From contig JAHBMJ010000231.1 of the NCBI GenBank assembly GCA_018398765.1, forward strand, positions 1 to 53,376: a DNA stretch of 53,376 bases. The letters run 5' to 3'. The DNA is from Chromera velia. Taxonomy: Eukaryota. This document shows, in pieces, positions 35,430 to 47,949 of the stretch (position 1 is the first letter of the stretch; every line of letters begins with the position of its first letter). Below the pieces are notes generated by a model, which worked only from the letters and a program-made list of their open reading frames with translations, did not search any database and was not told the origin of the DNA. The translations under genes and the position numbers were made by a program.

Positions 35430-36060
35430 CCTTCTTTCCTTCCTTCCTTCCCTCTTTCCTTCCTTCCTTCCTTCCCTCCTTCCTTCCTTCCTTCCTACCT
35501 TCCTTCCTTCTTTCTTTCCTTCCTTCCTTCCCTCTTTCCTTCCTTCTTTCCTTCCTTTCCTCCTTCCTTCCTTCCTTCCTTCCTTCCCTCCTTCTTTCCT
35601 TCTTTCCTTCCTTCCTTAAAGTTCCTTCCTTCCTTCCTTCCTACCTTCCTTCCTTGCTTCCCTCCTTCCTTCCTTCCTTCCTTCCCTCCTTCCTTCCTTC
35701 TTTCCTTCTTTCCTTCCTTCCTACCTTCCTTCCTTCCTTCCTTTCTTCCTTCTTTCCTTCCTTCCTTGCTTCCCTCCTTCCTTCCTTCCTTCCTTCCTTC
35801 CCTCCTTCCTTCCTTCTTTCCTTCTTTCCTTCCTTCTTTGAAGTTCCTTCCTTCCTTCCTTCCTATCTTCCTTCCTTGCTTCCCTCCTTCCTTCCTTCCT
35901 TCAAGTTGAAGTTCCTTCCTTCCTTCCTTCCTTCCTTCCTTCTTTCCTACCTTCCTTCTTTGCTTCCTTCCTAGCTTCCTTCCTTCCTTCCTACCTACCT
36001 ACCTACCTTCCTTCCTTCCCCCCTACCTTCCTTCCTACCTACCTTCCTACCTCCCTTCCT
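35430..36060. repeat. Long degenerate (CCTT)n microsatellite
   Basis: Directly visible. Confidence 0.95.
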
Positions 36061-36154
36061 TGGTTGAAGAGTCCTGTCTTTCCTTCTGCCTATCTTCCGA
36101 CTCGGTAAATGCTCCTCACAGAAAAACAACATGAAAGAAGCGAATGTTGAACAA

Positions 36155-36775
36155 GAGAGGCAGGCAGGCAGGCAGGTAGGCAGAAGGCAGGCAGACAGGC
36201 AGGCAGGTAGGCAGGCTGGCCGACTGACAGACAGGCAGACAGATAGACTAAAAAGGGGGGAGGCAGGCAGGTAGGCAGGTAGACAGAATGACAAACAAAC
36301 AGGCAGGCAGGCAGGCAGAAAGGTGGAAAGGCGGGAAGGCAGAAAGACAGAAATGCAAAAGGCAGAGAGGTAGAGAGGTAGAGAGGCAGGCAGACAGATA
36401 GACAGGCAGGAAGGGAGCAGCAGGCAAAAAGCAGATAGACAGTCTGAGACAAACAGGCACGTAAACAAACACTTTCAAGTACGGAAGGAGGCAGGCAGGT
36501 AGACAGATAGGCCAGCAGTGGCAGATAAAAGGCAGAAAAGATAGGCAGTTAGGCAGAATGACAGATAATAGCAGAGTGGCCGAAACACAGACAGACAGAC
36601 GGACAGACTATATCGTATGGACAGACAGACAGACAGATAAATAGACAGATAGACAGACAGACAGACAGATAGACAGCTAGGTGGATAAACAAGAAAACAC
36701 ATAGACTGTGTAACAGGCAGACAGGCAGGAACACAGGCGGGGACGCGAAGAGGCAGGCGGGCAAAGACAGACATT
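36155..36775. repeat. Degenerate (CAGG)n/(CAGA)n microsatellite
   Basis: Directly visible. Confidence 0.9.
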
Positions 36776-37287
36776 CAAACAGACCGTCCAACCAAAAGAT
36801 ATATATACACGCAGGTCTCTGCATGAGTAAAGCACCATCCATAAACAAACTTACAGGGAAAGAAAACAGAAAAAGGATAGTCTGATATATAGGCAGGCAG
36901 GCATTGAGCCACTCCGCGCTACTCCGCGCGTGTGGGCCATATACACTGACAAAAGCATTCCAAAGCCTGTGTTGCGACTCATGGCAAGTCGAGGTGTTCG
37001 CGAGCGAACACATATAGACCAAGAATGACAACCCATCTGGCAGGCTATCGCAGGCATCTGCATGAGCATATTGCAGGCATAATGGGAAAAGGCTCTAGCT
37101 TTCCTAAGATTGATCATGCATTGAAGCAGAACATGCACACCAAAGCTGAAAACACGACGGTCTTGTAATAATTATTATTAAGTCTGTATGCATGATTATT
37201 CTCAGTGTGCATGAAGGTCAGTCAGTCAGCTAGGTACATGCATCAGCAGCCATGCATGCAGCCCTCATGCAATTTAAATAGCTCGCA

Positions 37288-37638
37288 GTCGGCGGCCAGC
37301 CTTCGCGGCCAGCCCTCAATTTAGCTCGGTCGGCGGCCAGCCTTCGCGGCCAGCCCTCAATTTAGCTCGGTCGGCGGCCAGCCTTCGCGGCCAGCCCTCA
37401 ATTTAGCTCGGTCGGCGGCCAGCCTTCGCGGCCAGCCCTCAATTTAGCTCGGTCGGCGGCCAGCCTTCGCGGCCAGCCCTCAATTTAGCTCGGTCGGCGG
37501 CCAGCCTTCGCGGCCAGCCCTCAATTTAGCTCGGTCGGCGGCCAGCCTTCGCGGCCAGCCCTCAATTTAGCTCGGTCGGCGGCCAGCCTTCGCGGCCAGC
37601 CCTCAATTTAGCTCGGTCGGCGGCCAGCCTTCGCGGCC
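37288..37638. repeat. Perfect 41-bp GC-rich minisatellite (at least 8.5 copies) running into an assembly gap
   Basis: Unit GGTCGGCGGCCAGCCTTCGCGGCCAGCCCTCAATTTAGCTC. Confidence 0.95.
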
Positions 37639-37718
37639 NNNNNNNNNNNNNNNNNNNNNNNNNNNNNNNNNNNNNNNNNNNNNNNNNNNNNNNNNNNNNN
37701 NNNNNNNNNNNNNNNNNN
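37639..37718. other. Assembly gap (N run)
   Basis: 80 N characters. Confidence 0.99.
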
Positions 37719-38225
37719 GGGGGGGGGGGGTATTGTCGACGGTCGACGACGGGCTCTTGCCCAATTATAGGGGAGGGGGGGGGTTTACAATTAATGATGA
37801 CGTACGACGACGAGGAATTGGGGCTGAATGACCTCCCCCCCCCCCTTGAGGGGGAGCATGGCAGGGGTGATGCTATATATAAACGTTGATCGCAAAACTG
37901 CCTCAACAACTCTAGCTACATTCCTTCGATCAGTTCAAAAAGATTTAGTTAGCTCTAAACTGCTTGGAGATTCAGATGTTTCCATTGCACATTGCAGAGC
38001 TCCATCGCTTTCCCATGCAGTACGCTGGCCTCAGTACAGCTGTGATTTTCCCTCCATCGTTTCCACTGATTTTTGAGAGTGGATCCTTGTTATGGCTTTT
38101 TCCAGAGTTCTCCTGTTGGCCTATCAACCTGTCTTTGAGGCAAAAATGAAGGTTGCTTGGAGCATTAGCGCTACGCATCCTAGTGTATCGTGCTCATCTC
38201 TTTCGTTTCGTCTTTTGGCATCCGC

Positions 38226-39148
38226 CATCCATACGACAGCGGGGAAACATTTTTCCTTGGCAAGACAGACCCTTCTGCTGACAAAAAGGAGACTTCTCAG
38301 CAGTTCCGCAGCACAAGCAATGAGTGTATTCTCCCCCAGCTCGACGTCTCTCTTTCTTTTCCTCTCTCCCCATCCACACAACAGCGAGGCAAACATTTTC
38401 CTTCGTGAGACAGACCCTTGTGCTGACAGAAAGGAGACTCATCATCGGTTCCACAGCACGAACAGTAAGTGTATCCTCCCCCAGCTTGACATCTCTCTTT
38501 CTTTTCCTCTCTCTTCATCCACACAACAGCGAGGCAAACATTTTCTTTCGCGAGACAGACCCTCGTGCTAACAGAAAGGAGACTTCTCATCAGTTCCACA
38601 GCACGAACAGTGAATGTATCCTCCCCCAGCTTGACGTCTCTCCTAGCGTCTCTCTTTTTCTTCCTCTCTCCTCATCCACACAACAGCGAGGCAAACATTT
38701 TCTTTCGTGAGACAGACCTTTGTGCTGACAGAATGGAGACTTCTCGGCAGTTCCGCAGCACAAGCAGTGAGTGCATCCTCCCCCAGCTCGACGTCTCTCT
38801 TTTTTTTCCTCTCTCCCCATCCATACAACAGCGAGACAAACATTTTCCTTCGCAAGACAGACCTTTGTGCTGACAGAAAGGAGACTCATCATCGGTTCTA
38901 CAGCACGAACAGTAAGTGTATCCTCCCCCAGCTTGACATCTCTCTTTCTTTTCCTCTTTCCCCATCCATACAATAGCGAGACAAACATTTTCTTTCGCAA
39001 GACAGACCCTTATACCGATAGAAAGAAGACTTCCCATCGGTTCCACAGCACAAACAGTGAGTGTATCCTCCCCCAGCTCGACGTCTCTCCTTCTTTTCCT
39101 CTCTCTTCATCCATACAACAGCGAGGCAAACATTTTCCTTCGTGAGAC
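38226..39148. repeat. 145-bp tandem repeat, about 6.3 copies, with 3-unit higher-order structure
   Basis: CATCCA starts at 38226, 38371, 38516, 38673, 38818, 38963 and 39108 (one unit has a 12-bp insertion). Confidence 0.93.
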
Positions 39149-39808
39149 CTTCCTTCCTTCCTTCCTTCCTTCCTTCCCTTTCTTGCTTCCTTTCCTCCTT
39201 CTTTTCCTTTCGTCCTTCCTTCCCTTTCGTTCTTCCTTCCTTCCTTCCTTCCTTCCTTCCTTCCTGCCTTCCTGCCTTCCTTCCATCCTGAGAGACTTCC
39301 TTCCTTTCATCCGTGTGTTTGTCGGAGAGTGTTCCTTAGTGGAGCCTTTTACAGAGAGGGACGGCAAGGTCCGGGGCCAGGACGACTTCGGAATGGTCAG
39401 AGGGGGGCCTGATGTCACCGAGGAAACGACACGAAGATACAAGTTTTTAACTACGGCTGTTTCTATCTCCGGAACCCCGCCAAATCTCTGGGTGTGGGTG
39501 GTTCCTATAGGTCATGCTGCAACTTTTAGACTGATAACTAAATCAGGTTTTGTGCCATGCATCCTTCTCTCTCCATCTCTTCCTTCCTTCCTTCCCTCCT
39601 TCCTTCATTTCTTTCTTCCTTCCTTCCTTTTTTCCTTCCTTCCTTTCTCCCTTTCTTCCTTCTTTCCTTCGTTCTTTCCTTCTTTCTAGCCTTCCTTCCT
39701 TCCTTTTTTCCTTCCTTCCTTCCTTAAAGTTTCTTCTTTCCTTTCCTCCCTCTTCCTTTCTTTCTGCCTCCCTTCCTCACTGGCAGCTTCCTTCCTTCCG
39801 TCCTTTCT
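39149..39808. repeat. (CCTT)n microsatellite with an embedded unique island of about 260 bp (39305-39560)
   Basis: Directly visible. Confidence 0.85.
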
Positions 39809-40070
39809 AAATATTGGCAAATATCGTATAATATCGCCTATATGATATGATAAGTATCGCTTAATATCACTCTAGATATTGCTTAATATCGATTAGCCAA
39901 TATTGTAGCTATTGCTTAATATTGTATAATATCGCATACCCGATATAACAAATATTGCCTAATATCGTACAATATCGCTACTATATTAACATTGCTTAAT
40001 ATCGCGATATTAGGTACAAGCGATAGTCGGACAAAAGGTGATATTGTACGATATTAACCAATATCGTCTT
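39809..40070. repeat. Degenerate AATAT(C/T)G short-period repeat (about 11 bp), possibly subterminal repeats of a DNA transposon end
   Basis: Repeated AATATCG/AATATTG motifs in both orientations. Confidence 0.6.
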
Positions 40071-40797
40071 TTTTGTGACCCATAGATGCAGTAAATTTAT
40101 CTTAAATTAAGTTAGTTTGCAAATCATTTTAATGCATGCATGATTTTGAATTTAGAATTATCTAAATCTATCTTAAACTGCCTCAATTCATTTATATTCG
40201 TTCATACGGAATCAGAATTATACCCAAGTGGTGTGCTCACTGGCTTTAACTGCCTCAATCAGAAAAGACCTCAACTACCTATGCCTTGCCTTAGCCTCAA
40301 TTCATTTCATTTCAATTCAATACAAAATTTAATTTAATACCGTCAATATAGTAATCTAGACAGTGATTTTTTTCTTAGTACTACTGTACTATAGCTTGTA
40401 CTATATTTTTTTCAAAGATGCAACATTGAACATTAATTGTGTCGTATTTAAGGTCTCGAAAATTAATTCAATCCAAAATAAAACATACTCTAGCACCTGT
40501 AGTCTACCACTTAATTGAAGCTGCACTTCTAGATTTAAAAATTGTATACATTTTAAAATTATGCAATGAAACATCTATAGTGAAATATATAGTACGTACG
40601 TGTTAAACTCTGCCGCAACTCGGTAAAATTAGTTTTTTATAGCTAGTATCAATATTAACTTAATTAAAAAATAGATTGTCTCTTTTAGAGCGAGACTCAG
40701 CAAGCCGGACTAGAAGCCGAAGAACTATAAATACTAGTATAAGTACTTTGAGCATATCTTAGTAGGAGCATCATGATGCATGCAACTGCTAGATATT

Positions 40798-41667
40798 TAG
40801 TGACCATGTTTGATTTGATTTGATTTGATTTAATTTGAGGTAGGGCTTAAGCTCAAATCAAATATCCAGTCAGGGAGGACCTAGTGTTTAAAGATCTATC
40901 AAATACGATCAAATATTTGATCAATATGACTTTCAACCTCAAATATGAAGGTCCCAAAAAAACTTTTGCAAGTACCGATCCGTCACGCATGCTGATTCAA
41001 ATGAAAAAACCTAAATCTTGATGGTTTGCTCTAAAAAAAAAAACGTGTTGAGCTGCACTGAAATTAATGTTTCACCCCCTTTTACTTCATGCAGAGGTAA
41101 ACCGATCAGCTGAACGTTTTTCCGAACAGCTGTGTTAACTTTTTTGGTGCTGGAACATCTTTTACGGCCCCCTTTTTGAGCGTCTGCAAACATTTTACAC
41201 CCCGTAAAGACATGTTACACAATCTGACAGGGTCGAACGGGAAGAAGGAGGCATTTGTTTTTAGAGCCGGGTACGCAAAAAAAATATGGTCCGTGCAAAA
41301 GGGGGCAAATGTGATTCAGTGTCAGGTGAAAATACAAGGAGCCGAGGGGGAAGGAGAAACTATTTGTGGCTATGAGTATGCAGCAGCGGCAACCAGTTCT
41401 TTTCAAACCCACCTCATCAATCAGCATGGCTTGACGATCACGTCTGATAAACATGTGCAGCTGCTCCAAGAAAGACATACATCAGAAATGTTCTGATAAC
41501 TATTGTCATGAGAAAAATAATCAGAGTGACAGTAAGTCAGTGACTCAGTGAGGAACCCTAAGAGGTTAACCTCAAATCTTACCTCAAATATCAAATATTT
41601 GAGGTTGAAGCTCAAATCAAATCAAATCAAATCAAATCAAATATAATCAAATCAAACATGGTCACTA
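40798..41667 (+). mobile_element. Non-autonomous hAT element (870 bp) with BED-finger remnant
   Basis: Perfect TIRs TAGTGACCATGTTTGATTTGATT / AATCAAATCAAACATGGTCACTA, 8-bp TSD TAGATATT (40790-40797 and 41668-41675), and TCAAA subterminal repeats. Confidence 0.92.
41176..41496 (+). pseudogene. BED zinc-finger-like fragment of a hAT transposase
   Basis: IWSVQKGANVIQCQV...ICGYEYAAAATSSFQTHLINQH (W..C..C..Y..TS...HL...H). Confidence 0.65.
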
Positions 41668-41832
41668 TAGATATTCAAGAACATTACTCAGGCTATTAAT
41701 TCGATAATCATAGATACATGATCAATCAACGAATTTACAACACATAAAAAAAGATTGAACTATATCCAATCCGCCATTTCTCCACCTTCATTAGCCGTTT
41801 GTGGGTCGCACAGTGTCAGCGTTGTTTTAATT

Positions 41833-42599
41833 TCAATTAACACCCCGAATCGTGTGAGTGTATGGGCTCGACCTCCTTGCTCTGAAAGGAGAGGCAGTAC
41901 CGTAAGGAAATCGAGGAGCCACGGGTCGACCTGGACGTTCCCTCCCTTGAAAACCAACCGGCCTCGACCATCTCCCCCTTTCGATTCTCCCACCAAGCAC
42001 CGCAGTCTCTGGCCGACTCCGGTTCACCGCCTGCTCCAGCTCTCCTCCCACTGTGCGGATCGGGGGAGGCACGAGTGGAATTTGTGGAGAGAGGGGACTC
42101 ATGAAGGGCACAGGCCCATTCATTTCACAGTCAGAGCATTCAAATCCCTCGCACCCCGACGCTAGATGATCAGCCTGAACGTCACGGGGCCAGACCCCCT
42201 TGTCCATCAAGAGGGCACTCTCAAGGTGCAGACGCCGCGCCCTCGCAGCAAGAAATTTTTGAGTGCTTTCACTCACAAGCCCATTCAAATTTGTGCCACG
42301 AACTAGTGCCGTCTTTCCGAGAGAAAACTCAATTGCAAGCTGAGGAGAGGGGGGAACCAACAGATTGGGGTTGCGTGTGGAACGGGGAGGGGGCTTGAAG
42401 GCATCCAGACGAGCGGGGGCTCCAGCACCTCCTCCGGGAATTCCTAGTGCTGTCATTTTGAATCCTTCTGCAAATGCGTTTCTCCGCTTTTCCTCCCTGG
42501 CCTCTGCAGCTCTCTCTGCCCTCTCGGTTCCTGAGGGGTCGGCGTAGACGGGAAGAGGGGAGCGAGAAGACCATCCTGACGGTTCCTGGGCAACAAAAT

Positions 42600-42635
<36 letters not shown>

Positions 42636-45600
42636 GACAACATCTACAGATTGACACATGCGCACAGGCCGGCATATTCACACATGTAAACAGACAGCCC
42701 GGCTGCAAGCAGACAAAGGGACACAGAAGTGTACGCACTTGAAGTTTCCCAGACACAGCCTGTGCCAATGAATGGGCTGTATGTCTGCATGCGCGCTTGT
42801 TTGTCTGTCTGTCTGTCTGTCTGCCTGCCTGCCAGTCTCTCTGTCTGTCTGCTTGCCTGGTTAGGTGTCTGTCTGCCTGTCTGTCTGTCTGTCTGTCTGT
42901 CTGTAAGAAAAAAAGGAAAGCAAAAAAGAAACACAGGAGAGAAAGGGGGGACACCATTTTCTGTGTGTGTCCACCTGTCTGTCTGTCTGCTTCCTGCGTG
43001 TCTACCACTCAGCTTGCCTATCTGGGTGTCAGTCAATGACAAGGGCGACGGACATACCTCGACAGAAAAGCCGTGTGGAAAAGGGTTTTTTCCCGTTTGC
43101 CGGTCGGAGGCGCTCAGCGTAGAGCTCGGCCATCGGAGGAAGGAAGGGACTGAGAGAGACGCCTTTCGGCAGGGGGGGAGGTGCAGAGCAGCACCCCGGA
43201 ATTGCACTTTCATCTGCAGGGGAGTAGCAACACGTTTTCCTGGAGTCCGGGGGCAGAGGTCCAATGTTGCCTTCATTTTTACCTTCTCTGTTTTCGTTGT
43301 TTGCTTCAAGATGCCCCCCCTTTTCCATAGTCTCTTCACTCTTTCTGTCTCGAGACAGTCCTAGACGGATGCGCTGGCGAAGACGCAACCCCCTTTCAAC
43401 TGCTGAACGGGGCGGTGGGCAGCGCATGCGCAGCATCGCCCTCGAGAGCAGCGCTGCCCCCTCCTTTTGCTGAAAACTCTGCTCGTGCTTTCGCCTGTGA
43501 ATCTGTCTATATGTTGATGGTCGTTGCCGCGTGGGTGAGGAGACTGATGCTGCTGCTCTGGGAGATCCAGAAGAGGGACGGGGATGAAAGTGCTGGGGCG
43601 AGGGTGAAGGTGAGCAGGCTCCAGCTGAGGAGGGGCACTCTGGAGGTGGCAGAAAAGGCTGAGCGGACCTCGGGCTGTAGGGGCACTGCCAGAATTGTGG
43701 CGTTTGAGTTGTGTGAATGATCTGCACGGGTGGTGGCTGCACAGGTGGAGGAGATGTCGCAGCGCGTTTTGCGGAGACTCCACTGACGGTCCTTTGGGTG
43801 GAGTTGACCACGGAGGAGAGGGACTGGATGTGCATCTGTTGGGCCTGCATTGCATGTTTGCAGCATGAAACCGTGTTGTGCTGCGTAAATGGATCCTTGT
43901 CGAGATAGAACCTTCAAGGACGGTCTAGATCGTGTGAAAGAGAATAGACAGTGGTCATATGCAAGGAGAGCACAGAGGTTCAAAGACAGGGAGCCATGTT
44001 GGCCAGGCAGGCGGGATTCAACTCATGGTGTGCTTTCTCTCTCGCTGAAATGGAGTCAGTCAATCAGTCATTGAATGCTGGATATTTTTTATAATTAATT
44101 GATCGTGATTGACACTAACGGACCTGAATGGCTTCCTGGAGACGTCTCATCCCACTCGTCACATCTTCTAGCGCCCTTGCCTGTCTTCCCTTCTCCATCT
44201 CCCTCTCCCGCCTCTCGAAACTCTCGGCAGCCCAACGAGAAGCAGAGCACGAGAGTGGCCCCGGAAAGTCGCACCGTCGAGAACCTTCCCGACTCCTCTC
44301 TCGTTCCTCCCTGGACCGGAGAGTCTCGTCATGCAACCGTGCAGCCCCTCCGGCAGCCGCAAGAGTCTGCATGCATCAGGAGGTGACGGAGAGACAAATG
44401 GAAAAGAAGAAGGCGAAAAGATGTTCTACAACGGTGAGAGATTTCATCAACACTGGTATACTTGCACTAGGGGGCATGGAAGTCCAGAGATTGTGAGATG
44501 GAGAAAAAAAGCAGATCAAACATCCTGCCTGCCTCCCCATTGCGTCTATATGAAGGTCAGTCCACTGACAGGACAACCGATTTCTCAACACCTACCTTGG
44601 TGAGCGAGGCAACTGAAGAGACGAGTGCAGAGATGCCACTTAGGTCTGTTGGATTCAGAGTCGGGGTTACTGCCTGTGCAAAGAGTGGGGATGAATAGCC
44701 CCCTACTGTGTCCGTCTGCGGTCTGTGTGGATGTTCCTGCATTGTGTGAGGCTGCACCCCTGTTCCTGTTGTTGGTGCTGGCACTGCGTGGGTCTCCTGT
44801 TGTGTACGTGTGGGTCTCGAATCTGTGGGGGGTGGGCATTCACTCAGGGCAAACCCGTAGCTGTGTCGGGGTACTGAGGGCTTTGCGTGTTCGGGGTAGG
44901 CGGAGGGGGCGGACGCCAGGGGGGATCCTGAACCTATGCCAGAGAAAGAAAAACTTGCAGGTATGTACTGTGCACCGACATGCGCCTCTGCTTGTTGAGT
45001 TGGCGGGGCTGTACTTGTCAACGTGAATCTGTCTGGGTGAGCTGCCGGCGCAGTCGGACGATTGATTGGAGACGGAGCTCTTTCTTTTGTGTTCTGTTGG
45101 TGCTGAAACGAGCCCCCATCCCCTGTATGCCCCCTTCCCTGCTCTCTCTGTGCGTGTGCAAGCTCGTGCTGCCCTGTTGAAGTATTTTGAGTTGGCTGCA
45201 TTGAAACTGAGATGGGCGCGTTGCTGATCCAGCTCGGATGTCTGCTGACAAGAGCCTGACTGGGCGCTCGACTGAAATAACTTCCCCCGTACTCACTGTA
45301 AACAAGGGAATCCTCCACAGGTGCGGAGACAGGGACCGACCCAGACGGCATGGGTTCGCGTGCAGACGAGACAGGGGGCACTCTTTGTGCATCGTGGTCA
45401 TGGTGCGTGAGAAAGGACGCTGAGAGCTGGCGGTTCTGGTTCTGATCAGAAAATGCAGAATAAGAGAGTCCGGGTCCAGGCCCAGGAAGCTTTGCGCCCG
45501 CAGTTCCTGCACCTGTCTCTGCCTCACTGCTACTGTGAATGTCCTCCTGAATTTCTTCTGCAGGTCCATCGCTTGATTCGGGGGGGACAAGGAGCGGGCG

Positions 45601-46152
45601 TTGCTCGACATGGTGTTGAATTTTTTCTCTTTCATTCGTGGCGCCGGGATTATCATCTGTTTGCCTGGAATCTGTTGGGCCCGCTGACAGTGGCTGTCCA
45701 GGTGTGTTGTTTGCGACATGTTGTTGCAATGGAGGGGGGGTTTCTTTGACTAACACTGAAGACCTCTTGTTGTCCCCATCTGAGGAGGAATTTAACTCGT
45801 CTATGTCGTCTTTTGGGGCCTCCTGAATGTCCTCCTCTACCTCGTCCTCATCTGGAATTTCCTCTTCATCCCTCCAGAACTCCGAACTGTGAAAAGATGC
45901 GTTGTCCTCAAAGTGACCAGAAATTCCTCCCTCTTCGTCGTCGCTTTCTCTGAAGGGGTCACGGTCGTCCCTCCCCGTCCGTCGATTCGCTGCAGATGCT
46001 CTCGATCCGGTACCCTTTCCACGAACTGATGTTTTTGAGTCCTTTGCGGCTCCTGCGTTGTCGTCGCTGTCTGCAAACGGATCACGCTCACTTCCCTCGT
46101 CTACAGAAGCTGAGTTCTCCTCTGGTAGGCCAAAAAAGTCGTCGTCACTCAT
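41833..46152 (-). CDS. Uncharacterised protein with acidic and Ser/Pro-rich low complexity, about 1124 aa. Predicted exons 46152-44596, 44366-44124, 43844-43058, 42759-42739, 42599-41833
   Basis: Four GT-AG introns (AAG|GTAGGT, CAG|GTCCGT, GAG|GTATGT, CAA|GTGCGT; acceptors TGCAG, TGCAG, CACAG, TGCAG) join the ORFs in frame. The last two introns hold CAGA and GT microsatellites. No recognised domain. Confidence 0.7.
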
Positions 46153-47949
46153 CGCGTACTCCTCAATTGCCTGAAAGCTTTTTCAATAATCAATCCTTCT
46201 TGCTGTTCCTTGCGGCAGGTTTCTGTACCCGACTTTTGCAGAGACTCCCTTTGATTGGCTCACTGAGCCAGTCAGCCCGGAGCAAGTGCCCCTTTTGAGC
46301 TTCATCCTAGCTCCAAACAATTATATATATATAAATATATGCCCTGGCCCTTGAATTATGACCAAATGGGCGTATACCACCCTAACGTACCTACAGACAA
46401 ACACCTGCCGACACCCACTAACTCGCACACAGACAAACACTATGCCACCCTTTGCTCTTATATTTTGCGCCATTGTCGCACGTCTGTCGTCGACGCGCGC
46501 GCGCGCGATGAGAGCGCTTACACCGCTTTCAGATAGGGCCCCATGGTCACAATTCAAGGGCCAGGGCTTATATATATAAAAGCTGGATAGTCTGCATGCA
46601 TGATGGAGTGCATGCATGCATGCATAAAAAAAGTTATAGTATATACATATACATTATATATGATATTATATACGAGAGTGGGCGCGCACTGCGCACCGAC
46701 GTATCGTGGTAGGTGCTCCCGTAGTCGAGTCCGGCGTCAAAAGGGGGGCACAAACAAATTAAAGTTCTTATCCTTTATTATCCTTTAGTTGGGGGTAAAC
46801 AGCGCATGCTGGGACGTTCCTCTTTTTGCAACATTGCTACACTCACAGAGTTGGGGAATGCACCAAGCGTTCACTCTATACTACAACAATTGCCATGCAG
46901 TAAGCATATTATATACGACTCAAGTCAAGTTGAGTTTTGAAGGAAAACGGCATTCAAAAAGCTTCAGAGTGTATGTACAGAATACACCTAACCAGTTGGG
47001 TGAGTGCCTCAGGGGGCCATTTAGGGGGTCCGTTAATATTTGATTAATGCACACCATCGGGGGCTTGGGCATGTCTTGTGTGCTGCATAGTGCTGCAACT
47101 GGGTGGGGGCCACGGCAACATACGCAAAGTATGCTTTTCGAGACCGTGCGCACATCATATATATGAAGCAACTCCGTGCGAGTTACTTGAGGGGCACGCA
47201 TATGCAAAGCATAATAATAAAGTATGTGCGATCACGGCTCCGTACGAGTTGCTTAAGTCTGAGATTCCATCTCTATATCCTTTCGTCCACGATCGTACCC
47301 CCGCTTGGCTCTGCATGCTAGGGCACGCCGCCACGCAATACATGACATGAATGTGTCTTTAGTGTATGAGCAAGTCATTCATGTCCACACGTATTCCGTA
47401 TGCATTAATTCGATCGATTGGTTCGATTGTGTGCACATTTATGAGTCAAAGGATACACGGATATGTTGTGGACGTTCTAAACAGACCTGATAGGCCTAGC
47501 GTATACCTTGCTCTCTGTGGTTTTTTCGTACAGCAGTATCATACAAGGCCACCAAAAGGAGCTTTAATATAGATGGGAGGCATTTTTTATAAGTTTATTC
47601 TAGTATAGGAGTAGGCTCTACACTGAGAAGCAATGTTCCCATAGCGATACGGATTCTAGGCTAGGATTCTAGGCGCCTGGGAGGGTAACATTGCTCAAGA
47701 CTACTGAACGTTGCTAGGAATCCCTTGGTAGGATCCGGCGAGGTTAGGAGTTTACAGAGGACCCAGAATTCCTTGGAAGGAATTAATTCGGAGGTGAGAC
47801 CCGAATTCTGACTGGTGCCATGTCTGAGGGAGTCTCTGTTTTTCTCTGACCTCATTGTTGTGTCCACCTCAGTGCAGGTATGGCGCAAAAGATCCCAAAC
47901 AGTTGCCGGGAGGGAGCTATAAACGGTATTGCAGCCAGAATTCTTCTCT

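Noticed and set aside
35425..37138. ORFs rich in LPSF/CLSV
   Set aside because: Translations of CCTT and CAGR microsatellites.
37288..37638. CRISPR-like array
   Set aside because: Units are identical and contiguous with no unique spacers, there are no cas genes, and the context is eukaryotic.
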